From an uncultured Gammaproteobacteria bacterium (GTDB lineage: Bacteria > Patescibacteriota > Microgenomatia > UBA1406 > HO2-37-13b): DNA of 64,000 nucleotides. This document shows, in pieces, positions 16,303 through 26,202 of the stretch. The position numbers and the translations under genes are program-made. The first letter of the stretch is position 1; the number at the start of each line of letters is the position of its first letter. Where the stretch lies: the NCBI GenBank assembly GCA_964422025.1, contig CAYQYZ010000002.1, forward strand, positions 67,765 through 131,764. The letters run 5' to 3'. Under the pieces are notes generated by a model. It did not search any database. It saw nothing but the letters and a program-made list of their open reading frames with translations, and was not told the origin of the DNA.

Positions 16303-17409
16303 TTGTATAATATATTCATGAAATATATCCTTTTTCTAGTGATTTTCTGCGTAGGATTTTGGGGGGCAATTTCGTTGTTTAAACCTAAAGCAGAGGTTCT
16401 AAAGGAGAAAATTGTTACCCCACCCATCGTAGGCAATCCAATACAATTAGGTGATCCAAAAACGAGCATTTTTGTTCCGTATTGGTCACTTTCGGAAAGT
16501 GATAGTTCATTCTCTTCTCCACCGGACATAAATCGACCCATTGATACGGCGATATATTTTTCAGTTTCCGCAACAACGTCAGGGATTAACAAAACAAACA
16601 CTGGATATACAAACCTCGGAGATTTTGCTTCTCGAAGCGCAGACACACCCAACACGCTCCTTACAATTAGTATGGTCGATGACGATATAAATAATGTGGT
16701 TTTGGAGAATTCTGCAGCACAAGAAAAAATTATCTCTCAAGCAGTAGAAATTGCAAAGGAACATGGATTTGACGGCATTATTCTAGATTTAGAAGTAGGA
16801 GGCCTTGCTGGAAAAGAAGTAAATACACAGATTCTTGTGTTTGTAAAAAAAGCATCGGAAATTATAAAGAAAAATAACTTATCGTTTGCCATGACGCTCT
16901 ACGGCGACAGCTTTTACCGAAGCCGACCATATAGCATTGAACTACTCTCGCCTCACGTAGATCAATTTTACATAATGGCATACGATATGCATAAATTATG
17001 GGGAACCCCCGGACCTAATTTCCCAGCAAAAGGAGCCGATATTTTTGGGTACGACATGCAAACAATGATCCGCGATATGTTGAAATTTACTACTCGTGAC
17101 AAATTAACCGTTATTTTTGGCCTATACGGACACGATTGGACTGTTGATGAACAAAAACGCCCGTTTACCGCTGCAAAAACGCTCACTCAAAGCCAAATTC
17201 AGAAGAAGTTTATTGATTCCTGCGAAATGAAGAATTGCATTATTAAGCGGAATCCGTATGCGCTCGAGACAGAGATTAACTACATCGATGAAAAAGCGCA
17301 TTACCATATTGTGTGGTTTGAAGACGCGCGGTCAGTTTCTGAGAAAATTGGACTCCTAAAAGAAAATGGAATAAATTCCGTTTCATATTGGGCATATTCG
17401 TATTATTAG
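16303..17409 (+). CDS. GH18-like glycosyl hydrolase (chitinase/YaaH-like), membrane anchored
   Basis: 368 aa. GFDGIILDLE matches the GH18 DxxDxDxE catalytic motif. N-terminal TM segment. Confidence 0.65.
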   Translation: MYNIFMKYILFLVIFCVGFWGAISLFKPKAEVLKEKIVTPPIVGNPIQLGDPKTSIFVPYWSLSESDSSFSSPPDINRPIDTAIYFSVSATTSGINKTNTGYTNLGDFASRSADTPNTLLTISMVDDDINNVVLENSAAQEKIISQAVEIAKEHGFDGIILDLEVGGLAGKEVNTQILVFVKKASEIIKKNNLSFAMTLYGDSFYRSRPYSIELLSPHVDQFYIMAYDMHKLWGTPGPNFPAKGADIFGYDMQTMIRDMLKFTTRDKLTVIFGLYGHDWTVDEQKRPFTAAKTLTQSQIQKKFIDSCEMKNCIIKRNPYALETEINYIDEKAHYHIVWFEDARSVSEKIGLLKENGINSVSYWAYSYY

Positions 17410-17471
17410 GGTATTGACTTCGTCACCGTCGATCTCTATAGTATTCGTGATAGGATTGTGATAACAATCTC

Positions 17472-18503
17472 ATGAATAAACGTACTAGTTTTAACACTCA
17501 TACGTACTTAACGGCACAGATTGCAAAGATTGCTTCCGTTGTTAATTCTTCTTCTGATCGAATCTACATTGAATTTGGCGGCAAAGTAATTCAAGATAAA
17601 CACTCATCGCGCGTACTACCCGGGTACCATGAGAATGCAAAACTAAAAATAATCAAGAAAATTTGTCAATTAGGATCGCATGGCGAGTCAAACACCGACT
17701 CTGTCTTTATAGTTTCAGCAGCTGATATTTTACGAGGTAGGATCCGCGGCGATTTTCAAACGACATACGACCAAGAAACACTCCGAACACTTACGGAATT
17801 GAATAAATCTGGTGTTACTATCCGTAATGTTGCCATTACTTTAATGCCAAAAGGTAAAAAAATTCCACGAATTATAAAGAAATTAATGAATAATCTTGAT
17901 GACTTACAAATACGGACTCATTTATTTAATACTGTTTCAAACTATCTTCCTCAAAAAAAACTGTTTCATGAACTTAGTGCTAATCCATTTATTAACAGTG
18001 ATAAGAAAATTTTCTTAGTACTGAGCCCCGGTGGCGGGAGTGGAAAATTTGGCGTTTGCTTAAATCAGTTATATCACGAGATGACCCGGAACTATGCACC
18101 ACGGTATTTAAAATTTGAAACATTTCCTGTGTATAACTTACCCATTGATCACCCAATAAATTTAGCTTACATGGCTGCTTCTGCGGATTTTTACGACATG
18201 GTTATGAAAGATAATCGAAGGAAATCTACTGCTTCATATAATCGAGATTTGGAAAATTATGAACTCTTACGATACTTGGCGAAACAATTTCCTAGACAAG
18301 GAAAACATTTAAGAAAAATAACATCTGCTACCAGTATGGGAATTAACATGCTTACTAAAGGAATTCTTGATCATCAAACAATTCAAAAGGAATCTGCAGC
18401 TGAAATTGCACGGCGGCTTATTCGATATAAATTTGAGGTTGCCGCAGGAAAGGAGGATCCAAGAGTCTTGGATAGAGTCAGAAATATTTTAGCTATGTTA
18501 TGA
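17472..18503 (+). CDS. DUF1846/UPF0371 family protein (N-terminal ~340 aa only)
   Basis: YIEFGGK..SRVLPGY, SPGGGSGKF, KFETFPVYNLPIDHPINLAY and YNRDLE blocks match my recollection of UPF0371. The usual C-terminal third is absent. Confidence 0.75.
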   Translation: MNKRTSFNTHTYLTAQIAKIASVVNSSSDRIYIEFGGKVIQDKHSSRVLPGYHENAKLKIIKKICQLGSHGESNTDSVFIVSAADILRGRIRGDFQTTYDQETLRTLTELNKSGVTIRNVAITLMPKGKKIPRIIKKLMNNLDDLQIRTHLFNTVSNYLPQKKLFHELSANPFINSDKKIFLVLSPGGGSGKFGVCLNQLYHEMTRNYAPRYLKFETFPVYNLPIDHPINLAYMAASADFYDMVMKDNRRKSTASYNRDLENYELLRYLAKQFPRQGKHLRKITSATSMGINMLTKGILDHQTIQKESAAEIARRLIRYKFEVAAGKEDPRVLDRVRNILAML

Positions 18504-19081
18504 AAGGTAAACTAATCGTCTTTGAAGGAATTGATGGAGTTGGTAAAACAAGCATTTCTTGTGCTGTAACACGGTGGCTTAATGAGCACAATTATCCGGC
18601 GATCAGATATGAAGATTATGAGAACGACACAGAGGGTTTTGCACTTTTGAAACCGTTTATCAAAAAGAGCGCAACGATCGATACGAGCTTGTTATTTTAT
18701 CTGGCTTCCTCTGCGTATAAATCTCAAGTTATTGCAAAACTCTTAAAACGATCATGGGTAATTTGTGATCGATATCTTTATTCAACACTTGCATATCACT
18801 CGGTTCGAGGAGCTGATCTGCGAATGATTAATATTCCTAAGCTACCATTCTATAAGCCCGACCATCTTTTTCTTCTTAAGGTGCCTGATAAAGCACGTTT
18901 ACTACGCCTTAAAGCCAGAAGCTCAAATAAAAAGAATGATTTTCATAAAAACTCAACACGAAGCATATTTGCAAAAACAGAAAGGTACTATGAAAGCTTC
19001 GACCCTACTATCATAGAGAATTCACAAACGATAGATGCGACATTAAAAATAATACTAGAGAAAATTGTTGTAATCCCGTAA
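18500..19081 (+). CDS. tmk: Thymidylate kinase-like
   Basis: 193 aa. FEGIDGVGKTS P-loop and DRYLYSTLAYH motif. 4-nt ATGA overlap with the upstream gene. Confidence 0.75.
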   Translation: MKGKLIVFEGIDGVGKTSISCAVTRWLNEHNYPAIRYEDYENDTEGFALLKPFIKKSATIDTSLLFYLASSAYKSQVIAKLLKRSWVICDRYLYSTLAYHSVRGADLRMINIPKLPFYKPDHLFLLKVPDKARLLRLKARSSNKKNDFHKNSTRSIFAKTERYYESFDPTIIENSQTIDATLKIILEKIVVIP

Positions 19082-19087
19082 GTCTGG

Positions 19088-19116
19088 TTGACAACGCCCA
19101 CAAATTCTGCAACAAT
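19088..19116 (+). promoter_or_regulatory. Sigma70-like promoter TTGACA-17-AACAAT (duplicate of 14878-14906)
   Basis: ttgacaacgcccacaaattctgcaacaat. Confidence 0.5.
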
Positions 19117-19125
19117 AATAGCAGC

Positions 19126-19590
19126 ATGAATGCAACTCCGTTAGATGAAAATATATTGGTGCAAACTCCACCCAACAACCATAAAAAGTATGGAATGATG
19201 ATTGGCGTAATTGCAGTAGTCGCTCTGATTTTAGGAGTTGTGGGATATACGTTAAAAAGTCAGGTTACAACAACACAAACGACTACGACGCAAGCACGAA
19301 TTTCATGTCCTCCTGGTGATCTTGATAAGAAAACGTTTACAGTAGTTGTCGAATGTAAAAGCGGCGTCGAAATGTGTGCCGAACCAGGTGGTACCTTTGA
19401 TGTCTGTGGAGACGGTTGCAAACGCGTAAATCCATGTGTATTAAAATGTAGAAACGCTCAAGGGCTTGAACAATTTATTAATGAATGCGAACAACCCACA
19501 ACCCCACCACAAAAAACACCCGAAGTTTCGTGCCCAGTTCCAAATGTAGTCACCAACGTATCTATTAGTTGTCCAAAGTGCGCAATATAA
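19126..19590 (+). CDS. Membrane-anchored Cys-rich surface protein (cassette 2, gene A)
   Basis: 154 aa. N-terminal TM segment, a TTTQTTTTQ stretch, many Cys residues and a C-terminal SCPVP..ISCPKC motif. Confidence 0.6.
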   Translation: MNATPLDENILVQTPPNNHKKYGMMIGVIAVVALILGVVGYTLKSQVTTTQTTTTQARISCPPGDLDKKTFTVVVECKSGVEMCAEPGGTFDVCGDGCKRVNPCVLKCRNAQGLEQFINECEQPTTPPQKTPEVSCPVPNVVTNVSISCPKCAI

Positions 19591-19592
19591 CT

Positions 19593-20459
19593 ATGCCAGT
19601 CGCCAGTGTAAACACAACCGGAACCGGAAAAAGCAAATCAGTCTACATAATTGTAGCCGTGATTCTTCTGGCTGTTGTGAGCGCGTTTTTGTTCATTTTC
19701 TTGAATCGATCACAAAATTCGAATAATAAAGCTGCTGAACCATCAATTAATCCGGGTGGAACAAATTCTGGAAGCACGGCAAATCCTGGCGGAACCAATT
19801 CCGGATCAACAAGCACTACAATTCCAACTGTTCGACCAACGACTACAATGATTGATAATGGCGGCCTAAATCGATCTTGCGAACCAGAAGGCGCAACATG
19901 CCGATGGGAAGTTTCGGGAAACACGTCATCAACTCTTAGTGACGCAACCACATTTAATTACGAAATTCGCGATACAACCACCGGACAAGTGGTTAAATCA
20001 GGAAATACCACTTCGTTAAGCGTTGCATTTACCCCCCGATCCGGACACGAATATAGCTGTACCGTTACACCGGTAAATGCCTGTTCGCAGGGAGCCCCAG
20101 CAACCGCCCGACAGACCTGTGTTCCAAGCATTACGCCTACGTCAACGCCAACACCAACGAAAGTTATTAGCGTTACTCCAAGCCCAACACTGACTCCAAC
20201 AGCGACGCCTACATCCACGCCTGCCGCATCGCCATCAGTAACACCAACCGGCACTCCGCCAGCTGGCGGAACACCTACCAAAACACCTACCCCAACTGAA
20301 ATCATTATCGTGTCGATCACCAACACGCCTGCTCCATCAGCAACTGGCAAGGCGGGTACAACTGTCACTCCAACACCTCCACCGGCTGGTGTGGTTGGAC
20401 CAACACTTGCAATTCTGGTCTTTGCAAGCATAATCATTCTGCTCGGACTTGCGTTCTAA
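19593..20459 (+). CDS. Surface protein with a Cys-bridged domain, Pro/Thr linker and C-terminal PPAG+TM signal (cassette 2, gene B)
   Basis: Start set at ATG 19593, 2 nt after the upstream stop. Tandem NPGGTNSGST x2, an SCEPEGATC..YSC..C..C domain, and ends ..PPPAGVVGPTLAILVFASIIILLGLAF. Confidence 0.7.
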   Translation: MPVASVNTTGTGKSKSVYIIVAVILLAVVSAFLFIFLNRSQNSNNKAAEPSINPGGTNSGSTANPGGTNSGSTSTTIPTVRPTTTMIDNGGLNRSCEPEGATCRWEVSGNTSSTLSDATTFNYEIRDTTTGQVVKSGNTTSLSVAFTPRSGHEYSCTVTPVNACSQGAPATARQTCVPSITPTSTPTPTKVISVTPSPTLTPTATPTSTPAASPSVTPTGTPPAGGTPTKTPTPTEIIIVSITNTPAPSATGKAGTTVTPTPPPAGVVGPTLAILVFASIIILLGLAF

Positions 20460-20466
20460 GCACAAG

Positions 20467-20496
20467 TTGACATATTAAAGTAATCGGGCGTATACT
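20467..20496 (+). promoter_or_regulatory. Sigma70-like promoter TTGACA-18-TATACT, 6 nt before ATG 20503
   Basis: ttgacatattaaagtaatcgggcgtatact gtttgc ATG. Confidence 0.5.
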
Positions 20497-20502
20497 GTTT
20501 GC

Positions 20503-21033
20503 ATGGCCGATGAAACCGTTTCTACACTGCAAAAGCCCTCTTTTTTTTCAGGACCGAATAAGATTTTAGTGCTTCTGGGCGCATTCTTTGGAATATTTAT
20601 TGTAATTCAGCTGGTGTATATGATTTCCAAGGGTGCCCCTATTCCCGGATTTCCACAAAAGAAGCAGGTATTATTACCTACATTAACCCCATTCCCTGCT
20701 CCTTCGACTCCAGCAGCTGCGAATTTGGAATTCTATCGTACACTTAGAAACAGTAAGCCTGCTACAGAAGGACAAATCGTAATAAGTGAGTTCAAAGGGA
20801 AATTGACAAATAAAGAAACTACGCCTGATTCACTTACCTTAAGTGTTGAAAATGAGGAACAGGTAATAAATGACTTACAGTATGCACGAACCGTGCCTAT
20901 CGATTCGACCGGACTGACTTTGGATGCGATCAATGTAGGTGATATGGTAATTATTACTGAGACAAGCGATTTAAGTAAGCCATTTCCAAATAACGTGCAG
21001 AAAATAAAGATTGTGACTTATACGGAAGAGTAG
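20503..21033 (+). CDS. Hypothetical membrane-anchored protein
   Basis: 176 aa. One N-terminal TM segment (ILVLLGAFFGIFIVIQLVYMI). No recognisable motif. Confidence 0.6.
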   Translation: MADETVSTLQKPSFFSGPNKILVLLGAFFGIFIVIQLVYMISKGAPIPGFPQKKQVLLPTLTPFPAPSTPAAANLEFYRTLRNSKPATEGQIVISEFKGKLTNKETTPDSLTLSVENEEQVINDLQYARTVPIDSTGLTLDAINVGDMVIITETSDLSKPFPNNVQKIKIVTYTEE

Positions 21034-21116
21034 AATGCTCTGAACAAAAAGAGTTGACAAATCACACACAAAAGAGTAGTCTTTTCCTATAGGTTGTGAT
21101 ATAATACAGCCTAAAT

Positions 21117-23861
21117 ATGCCAACAGAAATCATGTCTGATTATGCGCAAAATATTGAGGCTGGATCGCCAGCAAGCTCTGCATTCGCTGAAAAAGTACCC
21201 CTTGGAACTGAACAAATCTTCCATACTACCGCCACAATAGGTCAAGATCAATATACTGTAATTTTTGACCCGAGAAATATCACCCTCGAAGAAGAAGATG
21301 CTATTGCTTCCCTAGATAGACAAATTGAAGGTTTGAATAGAGTTATGGGTAGTCGCGGACGTACTGATTTTGCTGATAGAAGACAACTTAGTAGAGCTTT
21401 AGAACAAAGACTGGCAGTTCTTGGACAAATTACCAATAGAGAAACGCTGATTTTTACTGATCCCGTTGGAAATAACCCATATATAAACGGCGTACTAAAT
21501 CGCCCACTCGATGAGGTACCTGCGCCTGCATCAAAAAAAGACAATTCCTCGCACACTATTTTTCCTGCTGTCAATGCAATGGTTGCCGCATCGCTTCTCG
21601 GTCAACCGTTTATGCACGATGGAATCCAACCAAATACACACCAAGAAATAGTACAGCACGCACAATCCCAAACAGTCGCAGGTCTTGTAGGTAAATTTGA
21701 TGCAAGTCGAGCTGTTCCAGATAAAAACGGGAACTACACATATGATATTCAACAAGGCGATGAAGCAATATCAGTAACACTTACTCCTCTTGAAGTTGCA
21801 TTCTTAGATACAGTTCAAAAACGAATTCCACAAGGAGACGAATCTGCACCAGGGGCAACACCCAATAAGATATTTCTACCATCAGTAGGAAAAGGTATGA
21901 CCCGTCTACCGGTTGAACCAACCGATGGGCCTCCGCCAACAGCGACCCGCCGACCAACAATGGTAATTCCAACACCTGAAAGAACTTCTCCTACGCCTCC
22001 TGCAATAAAAACAGAAGAACCAACTCCCACTACAGCGCCAACATCAGAGCCTACAGCCACGCCAACTGAAGCGCCTACGGCAACAGAAGCAGGGCCAGTG
22101 ACGGAATTAGCACTCAACATAGGCGATGAAATCATCGTAGTTGACGATTCCTATGAATATGCTATGGTTGGTAAAAATGGAGATCAGGAATCTGGAGCGG
22201 CCGCAGTAGGATATGATTTTTCAACGATGACTAACCCAGTTCTTGACGGTGAATATGTTGTTGGTACGGTGATAAAAGATGGGAAACCCATGACCATACG
22301 CAAGTCCATACATCAAGTTGATCCATCAATACGAGGTCGTATCAAACAAGGCAATCCCGATGAAGATACTCGATTGAGGAGTAAAGCGAGTATTTGGGAA
22401 GGCTCCGATGAACCGGGTATCGATAAACCCGTGCGCATTACAGCGAACAATAATGGAAGCTTGGGTGTTTATGGTCGGACATTTTTTGGAAATTTTAATA
22501 CTGGCGCTCAAATTGAGTTGAGCGGAAGAGCTTCGGGGAATGCAAAGACTGGCGACATGGTTATTATGAGCTGGAACCAAGACACAAGAACAGCGGAGAT
22601 GTTAACGTTTCGATGCAGTACGCAAGGGACGCAGTGGACCGTATTAGCTTCAACACAAGCAAGTACTTCGTTTGCTGCTTTAATAGAATCTAGAAAAACT
22701 TCAGATGGTTCTACCAATGGCTTACAAACTGAAAACGAACTATATAGATTTGCCATGGGTCAAACGGACATTAAAGTAGAAACAAAAGATGGAAACCTAA
22801 ATATACTTGATAAGGATGGTAAAGTCATCCAAACAATCCCACTTACTAATGCAATGGAAAGTGGCCTAAACTTTGTAGATTTTGGACGAACTGGTTTCCC
22901 AAAAAGCCAAGCAGTCATTACTGTGAATAGGGCGCATGTTTCTTTTTCTCGCCCACTAGAGGGAACGCCTCAATTAAGTCCTGAAAGTCGATTACCTACT
23001 TTAGCCGATCTAGCCAAAGCAAATGGAATAACTATTATGGCGCAAGGTGATTCTGAATTTTTTTCTTCACAGCCTGGATTATTAAAATTATATGACAGAA
23101 CCGCACATCTTATAGATACAAATTCAGCATATCAAGACGGTGCGGACTTACAAAGATTTCTTTTAGATCAAAAGCGTACACCCGCGATTGTTCTTGGGGC
23201 AGGAATATCGGATCTTGATCTTGAAAAGATTGTAAAGGAGAATCCCGGATCTGTTTTTCAGTTCGTAGCCAAAGGCACAAGTAACGGCCCTGAGGGAACT
23301 GTCGTTAAACCAGATGGTTCATTAGTAGACAAGAGAAAATTGCAAAAAGTTCTAGATGCTGCAGCCGCTAATGGTTCTAAAGTTATGTTAATTACTCCTA
23401 CGCCTCTTGATAAAAAACTAGACAAAGCCACACAGACAGACCGAGCTACGTCACTTTCCCCCCAACTAAGACTTTTAGAAGATCTCAAAACTCTTAAAAA
23501 TCAGAGCGCTCTAAAGGTGCTATTTGCTGGTGATTCAAAATATATCCTTGATCCAAAGCTAGCACGCTCTGATCTGGTATCTGCTGTCCGATATGCGTTA
23601 GAAGTTGTACAAAATGCGGGTTTTGATGCAGGGCTGGCAAATATCAGTGGACCTGATAAAGAATATGTTTCTTTAATTGGTGAAATAGCCTCAGGTTTAA
23701 AAAATATAACTCTTGGATTCGGCACGTCACTCAATACAGAAAGCAAACCTGTTGGACTGTTTAATTATACAGGTGGCCCCGTTGAAGATTATCAAACAGT
23801 CAGCTATTCAGAAGGAGAAGATGCTCTGTATAATGCACTTCTAAATAATCTTCCCAAGTAA
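21117..23861 (+). CDS. Large hypothetical protein (914 aa) with a central Pro/Thr linker
   Basis: Long uninterrupted ORF. PPTATRRPT..EPTPTTAPTSEPTATPTEAPTATEA linker. The C-terminal part has a GDSEFF / ITPTP pattern faintly reminiscent of SGNH hydrolases (weak). Confidence 0.7.
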   Translation: MPTEIMSDYAQNIEAGSPASSAFAEKVPLGTEQIFHTTATIGQDQYTVIFDPRNITLEEEDAIASLDRQIEGLNRVMGSRGRTDFADRRQLSRALEQRLAVLGQITNRETLIFTDPVGNNPYINGVLNRPLDEVPAPASKKDNSSHTIFPAVNAMVAASLLGQPFMHDGIQPNTHQEIVQHAQSQTVAGLVGKFDASRAVPDKNGNYTYDIQQGDEAISVTLTPLEVAFLDTVQKRIPQGDESAPGATPNKIFLPSVGKGMTRLPVEPTDGPPPTATRRPTMVIPTPERTSPTPPAIKTEEPTPTTAPTSEPTATPTEAPTATEAGPVTELALNIGDEIIVVDDSYEYAMVGKNGDQESGAAAVGYDFSTMTNPVLDGEYVVGTVIKDGKPMTIRKSIHQVDPSIRGRIKQGNPDEDTRLRSKASIWEGSDEPGIDKPVRITANNNGSLGVYGRTFFGNFNTGAQIELSGRASGNAKTGDMVIMSWNQDTRTAEMLTFRCSTQGTQWTVLASTQASTSFAALIESRKTSDGSTNGLQTENELYRFAMGQTDIKVETKDGNLNILDKDGKVIQTIPLTNAMESGLNFVDFGRTGFPKSQAVITVNRAHVSFSRPLEGTPQLSPESRLPTLADLAKANGITIMAQGDSEFFSSQPGLLKLYDRTAHLIDTNSAYQDGADLQRFLLDQKRTPAIVLGAGISDLDLEKIVKENPGSVFQFVAKGTSNGPEGTVVKPDGSLVDKRKLQKVLDAAAANGSKVMLITPTPLDKKLDKATQTDRATSLSPQLRLLEDLKTLKNQSALKVLFAGDSKYILDPKLARSDLVSAVRYALEVVQNAGFDAGLANISGPDKEYVSLIGEIASGLKNITLGFGTSLNTESKPVGLFNYTGGPVEDYQTVSYSEGEDALYNALLNNLPK

Positions 23862-23922
23862 GTCGACCCTTACTATTCATCCACAACTTTATAGTTCTTT
23901 TTTTGGTATCCTTAGGTAGGAT

Positions 23923-26154
23923 ATGAAAAAGATAATACTTGGCGGTGCATTATTACTATTTTTATTACCATTAGTATCTCCAGCCCAGGCTCTTTTTATT
24001 TGCGATGATCCTGCACATGTCCCGCCCAATAGATGTAATAATCCAATTTCAAATGTGAGCTGTGACAATCCAAGAAATTTTACAGGTTCATGTATCGGAA
24101 CAACAGGACAATACAATTCAGTCGCAAGTTGCGATGCTTTTGATCATGCAGACGTTGGATTCTACTACTTTAAACGGTATTATTACAGAATCAAGAAGGC
24201 AACTGACGGAACGTGTGGCTCTCCCAGTTGGGCATATTCACACACTTGGTCACAAACAACAAGTACAGACACATCAGTAAATCCACCTAATTGTCGATTG
24301 TATGCTACCAATGTTCCTGCCGGATGTGATGATGGGATCCAACCAAATGCACCAACAAATTTCCCACCTAGCCCTCCAGGCTCTTGTCCCAATCCATACA
24401 ATATTCCACCTATCCAATGTAACAACATTCCTTGTGCCTACAAAAATGCCTGCGGCTGTTCATGCACCTTCCCTCCCTGTGGTCCTGGGCAATGTTCCGG
24501 GGGGCCGCCGCCAACAGCAACGCCAAGCCCAACTCCCACTCCATTCTGCCAAGTATTTTGCCCCGGACAGAGCGGACTTGAAGGAGCAATGAACAACCAA
24601 GGTGGAGGAGGAGGAGTTTCAAATATAAATTTCCAACCAACGCCCATCCTACCAACCCAAGCAATAGGGTTTTTGAATTATTACGGATTTAATGGGTTTG
24701 CTTGTGGAACATTTGATGATGCAAAAACATATCCCAAAGCATGTCCAGCCGGAGGAAGTGGTCTGGGTAATACGACTGAATATTGGACATATCCTACCCC
24801 CACAACAAGCCCTTTGCGATACAACATGCTTTGTGGAAATCAGACACACATATATACGGCCATTGTTAATGCAGGAGCACGTACCGGTGCCTATGGGGTG
24901 GGTCAACTAGGAGGCCCCACGCCAACTACTGCTCCAACACCAACGATGGGGATATATCCAATTGGGTGTTTTATGGGAACTCCAACTCCAACTCCTGAGG
25001 GCGGAATTCAAACCGTTGCCGACCAAGATGCGGGATTCTTAAAGGAACAAGGAGGCGTAATTGGATCTGATGCAAATTCCTGCTCATGTTCAGTAGCCGT
25101 AGGGTGCCAAACAAGCTTGCAATCGCTTCCAAGTGCAACCGGCGTATCATGTGACGCTAATTGCGACTTTACCGTTTCCCCAGAAACTCCCGAATTTAAT
25201 GATGCGGTAACCTATACAGCAACCGGCGCGGGTGTCGATGGAAGTTCAACATTTAGTTTTGACGATAATACTACCCCGGTTGCTGCAAATGCCGGACCAG
25301 TTACTCGAACATTTGCAAACTCTGGCGTATATCGAGTTGCGCTTACCTGTAATAGTGGTGCCCAAACCTGTACTCGAACGGTAAATAATTACTGCGGACC
25401 ACTTTCATGGTACAAAATCAAAAACGCATCCTTCCATAAAAATAATTCGGTTAATAACTCAATTCCTGCCAGTATTACCGCGTTTGACGGCGACGACACC
25501 ACCCAAGCACTTACGAGTATTGGAAGTGCGGGACTTGTTACAACCACCGGATCAATTACCACCGGTGCCGGGAATCTTTCTACACCAAACTGGAGAAGCA
25601 CACTGTACACTCCAAATACAACATACACTCCAACGGCGTATGCTGATTATGTAGTAGCCCGAAAGACATATAGTACGATCAGTGACGCGAACAGCAACGG
25701 CGTAATAGACTCCGGAGAACTCACTGCAAACACCACAAATTACATCGTTGGAGATTACACAATCGATAGCAATAGCGTACAAAGCAAGGCTCCAGTAGTA
25801 ATAGTCGTTCGGGGCAATCTGACAATCAATTCTAGCAGTAATGAATTCAACCCGCCCGATAAAGCAATGGTATTTATTGTAACGGGAACATTAAAAATTC
25901 ACTCGCATCATGATCAATTAAATGGAATTTTCATAGCAACCGGGGTTGATTTGGCATACGATGTTTCAAGCACCACGACTCCTCTTAAAATTGTTGGAAA
26001 CTTAATTTCGCATAATACAATTAATTTAATGAAGCGCGTGCGAACAAATGGCGCACAACCATCGTTGTTTGTTGTGCAAGAATACAAACATTATTTGAAT
26101 ACAATTAATATGATGGGAATTAGTAAATATACACAGACCGAATTGAGGCCGTAG
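23923..26154 (+). CDS. Secreted Cys-rich giant protein with a PKD-like domain and a beta-helix-like C-terminal region (candidate pilus-associated adhesin)
   Basis: Signal peptide MKKIILGGALLLFLLPLVSPAQA. The segment VSCDANCDFTVSPE..VTYTATG..GVYRVALTC is PKD-like. Lies directly upstream of the PilX-like gene. Confidence 0.7.
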   Translation: MKKIILGGALLLFLLPLVSPAQALFICDDPAHVPPNRCNNPISNVSCDNPRNFTGSCIGTTGQYNSVASCDAFDHADVGFYYFKRYYYRIKKATDGTCGSPSWAYSHTWSQTTSTDTSVNPPNCRLYATNVPAGCDDGIQPNAPTNFPPSPPGSCPNPYNIPPIQCNNIPCAYKNACGCSCTFPPCGPGQCSGGPPPTATPSPTPTPFCQVFCPGQSGLEGAMNNQGGGGGVSNINFQPTPILPTQAIGFLNYYGFNGFACGTFDDAKTYPKACPAGGSGLGNTTEYWTYPTPTTSPLRYNMLCGNQTHIYTAIVNAGARTGAYGVGQLGGPTPTTAPTPTMGIYPIGCFMGTPTPTPEGGIQTVADQDAGFLKEQGGVIGSDANSCSCSVAVGCQTSLQSLPSATGVSCDANCDFTVSPETPEFNDAVTYTATGAGVDGSSTFSFDDNTTPVAANAGPVTRTFANSGVYRVALTCNSGAQTCTRTVNNYCGPLSWYKIKNASFHKNNSVNNSIPASITAFDGDDTTQALTSIGSAGLVTTTGSITTGAGNLSTPNWRSTLYTPNTTYTPTAYADYVVARKTYSTISDANSNGVIDSGELTANTTNYIVGDYTIDSNSVQSKAPVVIVVRGNLTINSSSNEFNPPDKAMVFIVTGTLKIHSHHDQLNGIFIATGVDLAYDVSSTTTPLKIVGNLISHNTINLMKRVRTNGAQPSLFVVQEYKHYLNTINMMGISKYTQTELRP

Positions 26155-26191
26155 ATCCTGATCCGCCGGCTGGCGGAAAGTTCAGGATGAC
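26154..26191 (+). repeat. Composite repeat: family A arms with a nested TCCGCCGGCTGGCGGA hairpin
   Basis: gatcctga-tccgccggctggcgga-aagttcaggatgac. The inner module also occurs in family D copies (13651-13733, 59467-59522). Confidence 0.75.
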
Positions 26192-26202
26192 CAATTAAAA
26201 CT

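Noticed and set aside
14913-26154. Diversity-generating retroelement acting on the variable surface proteins
   Set aside because: The window has no reverse transcriptase gene, and no template/variable repeat pair with adenine-specific differences.
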